From IMG/VR virus record IMGVR_UViG_3300021389_000012, positions 1 to 64,000 of that record: a stretch of DNA of 64,000 nucleotides, one strand, 5' to 3'. Source of the DNA: a virus. The translations under genes and the position numbers were made by a program. Under the pieces are notes generated by a model. That model was not told the DNA's origin and searched no databases. It worked only from the letters and a program-made list of their open reading frames with translations. Position 1 is the stretch's first letter. Every line of letters begins with the position of its first letter. Positions 16,892-25,992 of this stretch are shown piece by piece.

Positions 16892-18863
16892 TAAAACATA
16901 TAATCTCCCAATAGGAGACGGAGCTATTGAAGTTCCTGCATGGGCAACCGAATCAACATTAGAAGCATTAGCTAATCAATCTTCTTCTTCAGTACGTCTC
17001 ACTTCTAAACTTCTAAACACGGTTACAAAGAATGGTAAACTAGATGATGATATTATTGAAGCAGTTAAAACAAATACACAAATTGGAGTAACCAATGCTA
17101 AAGCAAACAGCGAAGAAGCAAGTCATAGATCAAGTCTGCTATTAAAAGGAGCTCAAACAGTTAGAGATACTGCTGGTTTCTTTGGTGATTCAGAAAAACC
17201 ATTATCAAGTATGGTATCGGCTGCAGAAAAAGTAGTAGGCAGTTTAAAAGGAACAGACGGTAAACTTAGCAAAGCATCTAAAAATCTAATAGCAGGCGAC
17301 AGTGCAACAAGCGAAGTTTGGAAAAAAATTGGTGGTGTTGCAGTAGATATTGGTTTTGCATGGGCAGGTTGGAACGCAGCTAAGTTTGAACAATTTGCTG
17401 AAGTTCAAAAAAGTATGATAAACAGTGGTGCTATTGTGTTTGAAACAGCTGACGCATTTGATGAATTATATACTGATGCATTTAAGTCAGGAATAACATA
17501 TAAAACATTTGCAGATGTAGTTGCTAACTTTGGTGGAACAATGGTTGGGCTAGGTGGAAACGTGTCAGTGGGTTCTCAAAACATGATGAAGTTATTTAAA
17601 AGATTGGAAGTTAATGCTGATGAATTTGGAGACTTTGGACTAACAAATAAAGAATTATTAAACACATACGCTCAGTATATTGAAACACAACGTTTGACAG
17701 GTTCCCTAGATAGAAAACTAGCTGATGGCGGAGAATTACTTGAAGCAGGATATAAGGAATTAATGGTTGAATCAACTGCACTAGCTAGCCTATCAGCTTT
17801 AGATAGAAGCGATATCTTTCAGAAACAAATGTCTGCGTTGAGTGATGTATCTTTAGCAGCAGGTACATCTAAATTAGAAGATCAAGGATTACAAGATACA
17901 TCTAAGGTTGCTAAGGAACTAGTTAAACAATTAGCAGTTCTTGATGGTATTGGACCCTCTGATTTTGTAGGCCAGCTTACCCAAGGAATTAGCAGAGGTA
18001 TTGCTCAGTATAGTGAGAATCCGGAAAATTTTGATATTAGACAAATTATATCTGGAATGGATGGTAAATTAGTAGGGCAATTAGAATACATTATGCCGGG
18101 CTTGTTTGACACAATTAATAGTTCAATAATAAATGCAGAAGAAACTAATGGAGAAATATCAGAAACCTTAATATTAGATGCGGTACGAGACTTTAATCAA
18201 AAAAGGTTAGTAGCAGTTCAGGCAGCAGGTACTGATATGGGTAATATACAAGATATACAAGATACTTCTTTTCTAATATTAGAAATGTTTGGTAGTGTAA
18301 CAAGTGAAGCCTATTTACAAGCCAAAAAAGATGGTAAAAAGCACCTTGATGCAAGTGGAGAAGGAGTAGAGGCAATAAACGATTTGTCAAAAATGTTCTT
18401 AACAGCACAAGAATTCATTACATTGCCAATGCAAGATTTTGGAGAAAAAATGGATTTTGTATCAGGATTATTAGGCGATGGCGCAGGTTTTTTAAGTAAC
18501 TTATTTAATGATTATACAGGCGAAAACGATGCTAAAGCAGTTGGTGAAAGAGTCGTAGAACAGGTTACAGAACCCTTTAAAAACAATTATACTGGTGTTT
18601 CAGACGAAAGACAGGCAGAAATAACTAACGCAACAATGCCACAATTAGTACAATGGTTGACAGATAACGAAAAGAATGCTAAAATAATAGAAAATGAATC
18701 ACATCCTCATAGTAAAATAGCCCGTAAAGAAATTGGGATATTAAACAGAGAAAATGATTTGATAGAAGCACAAGTGAAAACATTAGAAGAACAAGTAAGG
18801 ATAAAACAAAATATTCAGAATGCCGAAGAAGCAAAAATACTAGATGATTTAGTAAATGGTTAA
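16884..18863 (+). CDS. Tape-measure-like helical protein 2 (paralogue)
   Basis: Similar size and composition; shares PxWxTExTL N-terminal motif with preceding gene. Confidence 0.55.
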   Translation: MADKTYNLPIGDGAIEVPAWATESTLEALANQSSSSVRLTSKLLNTVTKNGKLDDDIIEAVKTNTQIGVTNAKANSEEASHRSSLLLKGAQTVRDTAGFFGDSEKPLSSMVSAAEKVVGSLKGTDGKLSKASKNLIAGDSATSEVWKKIGGVAVDIGFAWAGWNAAKFEQFAEVQKSMINSGAIVFETADAFDELYTDAFKSGITYKTFADVVANFGGTMVGLGGNVSVGSQNMMKLFKRLEVNADEFGDFGLTNKELLNTYAQYIETQRLTGSLDRKLADGGELLEAGYKELMVESTALASLSALDRSDIFQKQMSALSDVSLAAGTSKLEDQGLQDTSKVAKELVKQLAVLDGIGPSDFVGQLTQGISRGIAQYSENPENFDIRQIISGMDGKLVGQLEYIMPGLFDTINSSIINAEETNGEISETLILDAVRDFNQKRLVAVQAAGTDMGNIQDIQDTSFLILEMFGSVTSEAYLQAKKDGKKHLDASGEGVEAINDLSKMFLTAQEFITLPMQDFGEKMDFVSGLLGDGAGFLSNLFNDYTGENDAKAVGERVVEQVTEPFKNNYTGVSDERQAEITNATMPQLVQWLTDNEKNAKIIENESHPHSKIARKEIGILNRENDLIEAQVKTLEEQVRIKQNIQNAEEAKILDDLVNG

Positions 18864-18902
18864 TAATATGGATAAATACAAATACAATAAAAGGCACACA
18901 TT

Positions 18903-20573
18903 ATGAGTTGGAAAAAACACTTTACAAAATACGACCCATCGGGTACAAGTAGCGGAAACGCTAAAACAAACCGTTGGCAAAGTTGGTTACCGGAAGTATA
19001 TTCGGGACAACCAAACCGTATTGAAAGATATACACAGTATGATCAGATGGATCAGGACAGTGAGATAAACGCGGCATTAGATACTATTGCAGAATTTAGT
19101 ACACAATTAAATCCAGAATCAAATTTGCCGTTTGAAGTTAATTATAAAACAACTCCAACTGACTCAGAAGTAACTGCATTAGAAACAACACTAAAGCAAT
19201 GGGTTAATATTAACAACTTTGAACGTAGAATATTTACTATGTTTAGATCAGCTATTAAGTATGGTGATCAGTTCTTTATTAGAGATCCGGAAACATACAA
19301 ACTTATATTTGTACAACCTGGCGATGTTGCTAAAGCTATTGTTAACGAAAGCGAAGGCAGAGAAATTGATCAATATGTTATTAAAAATATTGCACTTAAT
19401 CTACAAGACTTAGTTGCAACTGATACTAAAAAACATTCTGATGCAACTGCGGTAAATCCAACAACAGGTTATACAGTTGGTAAAGGAAACGCAGGAATTG
19501 TAACACCAAACTCATCAGGCGGACAAAATTCAGAATTTGCAGTAGACTCACAGCATGTTGTTCACGTAAGTTTAAGTGATGGCATGAACAGTAACTGGCC
19601 ATTTGGTGACAGTATACTAGAACCAGTATTTAAAGTATACAAACAAAAAGAATTATTAGAAGATAGTATTATTATCTATCGTGTACAACGTGCACCAGAA
19701 CGTAGAGTATTTTACATTGACGTTGGTAACATGCCAGCACACAAGGCAATGGGCTTTGTAGAAAGAGTTAAAAACGAAGTACACCAAACACGTATTCCAA
19801 ATATGAGTGGTGGCGGTACAAAAGTTGTTGACGCTTCATATAACCCATTATCAATTATGGAAGATTACTTCTTTGCCCAAACGGCAGAAGGACGTGGATC
19901 TAAAGTTGAAGTATTACCAGGTGGTGAAAACCTTGGTGAGATTGATGATTTAAAGTACTTTAATAACAAGTTAATGCGTGGACTTCGTGTACCAACATCG
20001 TACCTTCCTACTGGAAGTGAAGACGGTATTGCGGCGTTTAATGACGGACGTATAGGTACTGCAATGATCCAAGAATTCCGTTTTGCAAAGTATTGCGAAA
20101 GATTACAACTAACACTACAACAAACATTAGACCACGAGTTTAAATTATTTTGTAAACACAGAGGTCTAGATGTTAGTGCCAGCTTATTTAATTTATCATT
20201 TAGTGAGCCACAAAGTTTCTCACAATATAGAACAATTGAAATTGATGCTCAAAAGGCAAACCTATTCAGTTCTATCGAAGGTGTTCCATACTTATCTAAG
20301 AGATTTATACTTCAAAGATATTTGGGTCTTAACGAAGAAGAAATGGTTGAGAACGAAAGAATGTGGAAAGAAGAAAATCAAGCTGGTAACAAGCCAGCCG
20401 GATCAGCAACAGGTGACTTGGGCGGAATGGGTCTTAGAGGCTCAGATGTAGACAGCTTTGAACCTACAGATGTAGGAGCAGAAAATGCCGATGACGAAGG
20501 ATTAGATGATCTACCAGACGGCGGCGATGCCGATCTAGGTGGAGACACAGGAGTACCAGACGATGCGATTTAA
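18903..20573 (+). CDS. gp20: Portal protein gp20
   Basis: LLEDSIIIYRVQRAPERRVFYIDVGNMP, EDYFF, GRGSKVEVLPGGENLGEIDDLKYF. Confidence 0.95.
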   Translation: MSWKKHFTKYDPSGTSSGNAKTNRWQSWLPEVYSGQPNRIERYTQYDQMDQDSEINAALDTIAEFSTQLNPESNLPFEVNYKTTPTDSEVTALETTLKQWVNINNFERRIFTMFRSAIKYGDQFFIRDPETYKLIFVQPGDVAKAIVNESEGREIDQYVIKNIALNLQDLVATDTKKHSDATAVNPTTGYTVGKGNAGIVTPNSSGGQNSEFAVDSQHVVHVSLSDGMNSNWPFGDSILEPVFKVYKQKELLEDSIIIYRVQRAPERRVFYIDVGNMPAHKAMGFVERVKNEVHQTRIPNMSGGGTKVVDASYNPLSIMEDYFFAQTAEGRGSKVEVLPGGENLGEIDDLKYFNNKLMRGLRVPTSYLPTGSEDGIAAFNDGRIGTAMIQEFRFAKYCERLQLTLQQTLDHEFKLFCKHRGLDVSASLFNLSFSEPQSFSQYRTIEIDAQKANLFSSIEGVPYLSKRFILQRYLGLNEEEMVENERMWKEENQAGNKPAGSATGDLGGMGLRGSDVDSFEPTDVGAENADDEGLDDLPDGGDADLGGDTGVPDDAI

Positions 20574-20757
20574 TGAATTAGCACAAAACGAAAAAGATGA
20601 TAACTTCAATAAATGGGACGAGGATGATACTCGTAGACCTAAATTGACACTAAAACATCTAAATAAAATGCGTAATAGACGCGAAATGACTCGTAGTGAG
20701 CATGCAGATAAGATAGAAGATGTGCAACTACAGTACGGCGCTAGCCCCGAAGCATAG
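20563..20757 (+). CDS. Small head-associated protein (probable start MRFNEL)
   Basis: SD-like ggag before ATG 20563; DTRRPKLTLKHLNKMR; between portal and core genes. Confidence 0.6.
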   Translation: MRFNELAQNEKDDNFNKWDEDDTRRPKLTLKHLNKMRNRREMTRSEHADKIEDVQLQYGASPEA

Positions 20758-20790
20758 TAAGTAATATACACTTATAATGCACAAAAACCT

Positions 20791-20820
20791 AGCCGTGGCA
20801 TCAAAACCACGGTTTTTTTT
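20791..20820 (+). terminator. Rho-independent terminator
   Basis: agccgtgg-N8-ccacggtt plus T run. Confidence 0.8.
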
Positions 20821-20889
20821 GTATTTAAGACATCTTGCCATCGGCCAAGACTAAATACATACGTTATAACCTTTAAAGGAGAATGTCAA

Positions 20890-21750
20890 ATGAGTACTCG
20901 CGAACGTTATATTAAAGTAATAGAAAGCCTAGTGAATGGTGAAGAAGCAAAAGCCTCTGATCTCCTACACGAAGCATTCGTAGAAAAAGCACGTGAAATC
21001 TGGAATGACCTAGTCGAAGCTGATGAAGTTGTTGAAGATGAAGTAGCGGAAGAAGAAATAGATGAAGCGATCGGTGACGAAAAAGCTGACGACTTCATTG
21101 ACGACATCGAAGAAGATGATGACGAAATCAAAGCAGAAGAAATGTACGGCGAAGACGAAGAGGGCGAAGACGCTCCTGAATCAGATCTAAGCGACCCTGA
21201 AGCTGAAATGGAATTATCAGATGAAGATGGCGACATGGACTTTGATGGTGATGGTGAAGAATCAGCACACGAAGAAGAGCATGAAGAAATTGAAGATAAG
21301 TTAGTAAACGTCGAAGACGCACTAGCAGATCTTAAAGCAGAATTTGCCAAAGTAATGGGTGATTCAGAAGAAGAAGCTATGCCAGAAATGGAACCAGAAA
21401 TGGAACCAGAAATGGACATGGAACCAGAAATGGAAGAAGCAGTATCTCCAGTAATTGAAGAAACTGATGCTGAAACTGATGAAGACTCAGAAGAAATCGA
21501 AGAAGGTGCAGAACTAAAAGCAGCTCCAGTAAGTATGCCAGCAGGCGATGACGGTAAATCGTCACCAGTTGCAGGTAAGAACGACATGGGCGGCAAAACA
21601 GTAGACATGTCTAAGAAATCTTCAGAAGGTGCAAAAAAAGGTCTTACAGGCGATGCTAAAGATATGAACGTTGATGGTCCACAAGACATAGACGATCTTA
21701 AAGCAGAACCAAAAGGACATGGCGCTGAGAAAAAAGGCAAAAGTAACTAA
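20890..21750 (+). CDS. Highly acidic prohead core protein (gp67/gp68-region analogue)
   Basis: Glu/Asp-rich, located between portal and protease; late motif CTAAATA at 20851. Confidence 0.65.
   Translation: MSTRERYIKVIESLVNGEEAKASDLLHEAFVEKAREIWNDLVEADEVVEDEVAEEEIDEAIGDEKADDFIDDIEEDDDEIKAEEMYGEDEEGEDAPESDLSDPEAEMELSDEDGDMDFDGDGEESAHEEEHEEIEDKLVNVEDALADLKAEFAKVMGDSEEEAMPEMEPEMEPEMDMEPEMEEAVSPVIEETDAETDEDSEEIEEGAELKAAPVSMPAGDDGKSSPVAGKNDMGGKTVDMSKKSSEGAKKGLTGDAKDMNVDGPQDIDDLKAEPKGHGAEKKGKSN
21382..21435 (+). repeat. In-frame 12-nt tandem repeat (ccagaaatggaa; PEME)
   Basis: About four copies encoding PEMEPEMEPEMDMEPEME. Confidence 0.8.
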
Positions 21751-21752
21751 TT

Positions 21753-22382
21753 ATGCTTACACTTAAAGAGAACCTAACTTACGATCAAGCGAAAATCATC
21801 ACTGAGTCAGATCATGATGGTAAGAACTTGTTTATGCAAGGTATCTTTGTACAAGGTGACAAGCGTAATCAGAATAGTAGAGTTTATCCAGTTAATGAAA
21901 TTTCAAAAGCCGTTAAGGCAATACAAGAAAAAATTGAAACTGGTTATTCAGTATTAGGCGAAGCAGATCATCCAGATGATTTGCAAGTCAATTTGGACCG
22001 TGTATCTCACATGATTGAAAAAATGTGGATGGATGGTCAAGACGGTTATGGTCGTTTAAAACTATTACCTACTCCGATGGGAAATATTTGTAAAACCCTA
22101 TTAGAGAATGGAGTGAAACTTGGCGTTTCGTCAAGAGGTAGTGGTAATGTAGCAGAAAGCGGTAATGTTAGTGAGTTTGAAATTCAAACTGTTGATATTG
22201 TTGCTAACCCAAGTGCACCAGATGCCTACCCAGATCCTTTATATGAACAAATTATGAATGGTCATCGTGGTAACATCTTACTTGACGTTGCTGCAGCGGC
22301 AAAAGACGATAATGTAGCCGAAACATACCTCCAGAAGGAAGTATTAAAGTTCATTGAAAAACTAAACATTAGGAGAAGCTAG
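21753..22382 (+). CDS. gp21: Prohead protease gp21
   Basis: GIFVQGDKRNQNSRVYP, LGEADHP, LGVSSRGSG, DIVANPSAPDAY. Confidence 0.93.
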   Translation: MLTLKENLTYDQAKIITESDHDGKNLFMQGIFVQGDKRNQNSRVYPVNEISKAVKAIQEKIETGYSVLGEADHPDDLQVNLDRVSHMIEKMWMDGQDGYGRLKLLPTPMGNICKTLLENGVKLGVSSRGSGNVAESGNVSEFEIQTVDIVANPSAPDAYPDPLYEQIMNGHRGNILLDVAAAAKDDNVAETYLQKEVLKFIEKLNIRRS

Positions 22383-23480
22383 ATGGCTAATAATGCAATA
22401 GAACAACTCCTAAGTTCCGAAGTCCTTTCTGAGGAAGTGCGTTCAACACTTTCAGAAGCATGGGAAGAACGTTTAACAGAAGCTCGAGAAGAGATCACTG
22501 CTGAATTACGTGAAGAATTCGCTAACAGGTACGAAACTGATAAGACATCAATGGTGGAAGCACTAGATGCCATGGTATCAGATACGATTAATACCGAATT
22601 GAAAGAATTTGCAGCGGACAAAAAAGCGGCAGTAGAAGCTCAAGTTGAGTATAAACGTCAAATTTCGCAACATGCAGAAATACTTGATAAGTTTGTTATG
22701 GAAACGCTTAACAAGGAAATTACAGAACTACGCAAAGACAGAAAACTTCAAGAAGGTAACTTTGAGAAGTTAGAAGACTTTGTGATGGAACAACTTACTT
22801 CAGAACTTAATGAATTCCATAATGACAAGAAAGACCTTATTGAACAGAAGGTAAAACTTGTCGCGGAAGGTAAAGAAATGATCACTAAAGCTAAAGAAGA
22901 CTTTATAAACAAAGCTTCAGGTAAACTAGCTAGTATTGTTGACACAACATTGTCAACAGAATTAGGTACGTTGAAAGAAGATATTAAGCAAGCAAAAGAA
23001 AATATGTTTGGACGTAAACTGTTCGAAACTTTTGCAGCTGAGTTTATGAGTTCACATATAGCTGAAGGAACACATATTTCTAAACTTTCAAAAGAACTTT
23101 CAGATGCGAAGATTCAAATTGAAGAATCGCAAAAAGAAATTGCAGATAGAGAGGCAAAAATTATTATAGAAACTAATAAAGTTACTAAAATTAATGAAAG
23201 CCGTGAGCGTGAGTCAGTTATGACTGAACTTATGTCTCCACTATCTAAAGATAAGCGTGAGTTAATGAACAACTTACTTGAAAGCGTAAGCACAAGTAAA
23301 CTTAAAGCTCAATTCAACAAATACTTACCAACAGTATTAAACGAATCAAGCACAGTTAAATCACAAAAACTAACAGAATCACAGAAGACTGTGATTACCG
23401 GTAACAAGGCAAGCACTACTCAGGAAACTGAAAGCGAAGCCGAAATTATTAACCTTAAAAAGTTAGCAGGAATCAACTAA
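22383..23480 (+). CDS. gp22: Prohead scaffold protein gp22-like
   Basis: Coiled-coil acidic protein between protease and MCP; ends IINLKKLAGIN. Confidence 0.85.
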   Translation: MANNAIEQLLSSEVLSEEVRSTLSEAWEERLTEAREEITAELREEFANRYETDKTSMVEALDAMVSDTINTELKEFAADKKAAVEAQVEYKRQISQHAEILDKFVMETLNKEITELRKDRKLQEGNFEKLEDFVMEQLTSELNEFHNDKKDLIEQKVKLVAEGKEMITKAKEDFINKASGKLASIVDTTLSTELGTLKEDIKQAKENMFGRKLFETFAAEFMSSHIAEGTHISKLSKELSDAKIQIEESQKEIADREAKIIIETNKVTKINESRERESVMTELMSPLSKDKRELMNNLLESVSTSKLKAQFNKYLPTVLNESSTVKSQKLTESQKTVITGNKASTTQETESEAEIINLKKLAGIN

Positions 23481-23492
23481 GGAGAATTCCAA

Positions 23493-24665
23493 ATGACACA
23501 GAATCTATTTGAAAATTGGGACGTAACAAAAGACGCCCTTACAGATGGCTTAGAAGGTAACAAAAAAGTTGTAATGGAGAGCGTTCTTGAGAATACTAAG
23601 AGCTATCTTTCAGAATCAGCTGCAGCTGGCTCAACTATGGCAGGTAACGTTGCATCACTTAACAAAGTGATTCTTCCAGTTATTCGTCGTGTTATGCCAA
23701 CAGTTATCGCAAACGAACTAGTAGGCGTACAGCCTATGACTGGTCCAGTAGGACAAATTCACACACTACGTGTAAGATATGGCCAAACAGCAGCTGGTGT
23801 TACAGCTGGTGACGAAGCACTATCACCTTTCGCAATTGCAAAAGGTTACTCAGGTGACGCATCAAACGGTACGGCAACTTCAACTTCTTCAATGGAAGCA
23901 GAAGCTGGTAAGAAACTTTCAATCCAAGTATTGAAACAAACTGTTGAAGCGAAAACACGTAAACTATCAGCACGTTGGACTTTTGAAGCGGCACAAGATG
24001 CTAATTCAATGCACGGTCTAGATGTTGAAGCAGAAATCATGCAAGCACTTGCACAAGAGATTACTGCTGAAATCGATCAAGAAGTGATCGGTTCACTACG
24101 TACACTTGCTGGAACGGCAACTGATACGTTTGATCAGGCAGCAATTGCAACAGCTCACCCAGGACATACTTTTGTCGGTGATACGCATGCGGCGTTGGCA
24201 GTTCTTATTAACAGATCAGCTAACTTAATTGCAGCACGTACACGTCGTGGCGCAGGTAACTACGTGGTGATTTCACCAACTATGTTAACTGTACTACAAA
24301 GTGCAACAACTTCAGCGTTCGCAAGAACAACTGAAGGTCCATTTGAAGCTCCAACTAACACTAAATTTGTTGGTACTTTAAACGGCACTATGCGTGTTTT
24401 TGTTGACCAGTACGCGGCGGATAACGCTCCTGTACTAGTTGGCTACAAAGGCGACGGTGAAATTGATGCGGCAGCTTTCTATTGCCCATACATCCCACTA
24501 ATGTCTTCAGGCACAGTACTTGATCCATCAACTTTCGAGCCAACAGTATCATTTATGACACGTTATGGCTATGTAGAGCTAAACAACCAGGCTTCATCTC
24601 TTGGTAACGCAGCTGACTACCTAAGCAAAATTGATGTAACAGCAGCTAACCTTTCTTTTGCATAA
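23493..24665 (+). CDS. gp23: Major capsid protein gp23
   Basis: LVGVQPMTGPVGQI, VEAKTRKLSARWTFEAAQD, AFYCPYIPL, FMTRYG. Confidence 0.96.
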   Translation: MTQNLFENWDVTKDALTDGLEGNKKVVMESVLENTKSYLSESAAAGSTMAGNVASLNKVILPVIRRVMPTVIANELVGVQPMTGPVGQIHTLRVRYGQTAAGVTAGDEALSPFAIAKGYSGDASNGTATSTSSMEAEAGKKLSIQVLKQTVEAKTRKLSARWTFEAAQDANSMHGLDVEAEIMQALAQEITAEIDQEVIGSLRTLAGTATDTFDQAAIATAHPGHTFVGDTHAALAVLINRSANLIAARTRRGAGNYVVISPTMLTVLQSATTSAFARTTEGPFEAPTNTKFVGTLNGTMRVFVDQYAADNAPVLVGYKGDGEIDAAAFYCPYIPLMSSGTVLDPSTFEPTVSFMTRYGYVELNNQASSLGNAADYLSKIDVTAANLSFA

Positions 24666-24689
24666 TATTTGCAAATAAAAAGTTACACT

Positions 24690-24720
24690 AAAATAGGGCC
24701 TTTAGGGGCCCTATTTTTTT
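24690..24720 (+). terminator. Rho-independent terminator after MCP
   Basis: aaaatagggcc...ggccctatttt plus T run. Confidence 0.85.
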
Positions 24721-24726
24721 CACTCA

Positions 24727-24772
24727 CGTTCATCCTATTATAGGACGGAAGTAGCAATAGCGAAGGAACGCA
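24727..24772 (+). promoter_or_regulatory. Glutamine riboswitch (glnA RNA motif / glutamine-I class)
   Basis: CGTTC-A-TCCTA tta TAGGA-C-GGAAGTA-GC aata GC-GAA-G-GAACG-CA: P1, P2, E-loop and P3 arrangement of the glnA motif, 24 nt upstream of an ATG with SD. Confidence 0.8.
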
Positions 24773-24796
24773 CTTAACTGTAAAAAGGAGAGTGTT

Positions 24797-24949
24797 ATGA
24801 ATCACAGAGACTTCGAACTAGCTCGTAAAAAAGAGCGTACAAAACGATCACACAAAGCAATTCACAAGAAACAACTGCAAAGACCTTTGTCTAGACCACG
24901 TGCTGACAAGAATATACTAAGTTCAGACCCTAGATTACAGAAAATTTAA
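24797..24949 (+). CDS. 50-aa basic peptide downstream of the riboswitch (not in ORF track)
   Basis: AAGGAG SD; MNHRDFELARKKERTKRSHKAIHKKQLQRPLSRPRADKNILSSDPRLQKI. Confidence 0.75.
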   Translation: MNHRDFELARKKERTKRSHKAIHKKQLQRPLSRPRADKNILSSDPRLQKI

Positions 24950-24968
24950 TTTTTTTTAAAAAAAAAGG

Positions 24969-24997
24969 TTGACCTTTATGCAAAAACGTTGTATATT
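24969..24997 (+). promoter_or_regulatory. Sigma70-like promoter for the ncRNA
   Basis: AAAGG-TTGACC-N17-TATATT. Confidence 0.75.
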
Positions 24998-25003
24998 AAG
25001 TAT

Positions 25004-25220
25004 ATAAGCAACAAAGAGTTTAGCGGCTCAATGTTTATAGTGCAAGGAAGAGGCGTTACCTAGGCGTCGAACTTGACTGCTCAGGGGTTATACCCAGGCT
25101 TTACATGGAAAACATGGGGAGTCACATTGCGGATACGCAGGAGTAGGTGGTAGTGTAAATAGAAAAGGTATCTAGATGTGCTACTTGGAGGTGTACCCCA
25201 GTCCTCCCTATTTTGCTTAT
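25004..25220 (+). ncRNA. ~217-nt structured ncRNA candidate
   Basis: Starts at the expected TSS; ends pair (ATAAGCAA/TTGCTTAT); several internal hairpins; followed by a terminator; no plus-strand ORF in the track. Confidence 0.75.
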
Positions 25221-25223
25221 TCT

Positions 25224-25250
25224 AAAAAGACGCTTCGGCGTCTTTTTCTT
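25224..25250 (+). terminator. Rho-independent terminator (UUCG loop)
   Basis: aaaaagacgc-ttcg-gcgtcttttt. Confidence 0.88.
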
Positions 25251-25330
25251 TGAGCAGCCAAAAAAGGTTTGTCTTTGATAAATACATATATAATAAATAA
25301 CATATAAGGAAGTAGTAGGAAGAAAGCATT

Positions 25331-25933
25331 ATGTCATCACACATTAACCCAGACTCTGGAACATTAGTTGTAGAAAGCACTAACGCATTAGACGTTACAG
25401 CATCACCTGTAGATCCTGTTGGCGCAGCTCTACATGTTAAAGGCGGAACATACACAGAACATAATTTGTATGTTGGTGGAACATTACTTGTAAACGGAGA
25501 TGTTATCTCGTTAGGTAATGGAAACGCATCTATTACAATTAATGCAAATGTTAGCAGTGATGTACTACCAAACGTAGCATCAGGTATACAATATAATTTA
25601 GGTAGTAACGGTAATCCGTGGAATAAAGCATACTTACAGAAAATAGTAATAACAACTACATCAGTAACTAATTCATCAACCCTCAATACAACAGGTTTAG
25701 TATATATAAACTCAAGTACAAGTCTTGCATTGGCTTTGGCAAATGGGACAGAAGGTGAGAAAAAATCATTAGTTGTTACTACATCACTACCTAGCACAGT
25801 AGTTATAACTCCAGATACTTTTGTAAACGGTACAAGCGTGTCATTTACAACAATAGGACAAAGTATTGAGTTAATATATACAAGTGCTGGATGGGCTATT
25901 ACTTCTAGTTTTGGAAATCCTAGCGTAAGCTAG
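25331..25933 (+). CDS. Virion structural protein (beta-rich, fibre/decoration-like)
   Basis: Thr/Ser/Gly-rich; late promoter ATAAATA at 25278. Confidence 0.55.
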   Translation: MSSHINPDSGTLVVESTNALDVTASPVDPVGAALHVKGGTYTEHNLYVGGTLLVNGDVISLGNGNASITINANVSSDVLPNVASGIQYNLGSNGNPWNKAYLQKIVITTTSVTNSSTLNTTGLVYINSSTSLALALANGTEGEKKSLVVTTSLPSTVVITPDTFVNGTSVSFTTIGQSIELIYTSAGWAITSSFGNPSVS

Positions 25934-25992
25934 TATTCTAAGACATTAAATACAAAAACGCAAGAGCGAAGCGAAATTGTGAGGAATAGAAG

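Noticed and set aside
20907-21740. Long antisense ORFs (also 5854-6522, 25222-25797, 46195-46836 and many shorter ones)
   Set aside because: Shadow frames of real genes with biased codon use; Ser/Phe-rich, without SD or promoter
25004-25220. tRNA, tmRNA, SRP or RNase P identity for the ncRNA
   Set aside because: No TTCGA T-loop with acceptor stem, no SRP GGAA loop motif, no RNase P P4 consensus; no tRNA gene was recognised anywhere in the window
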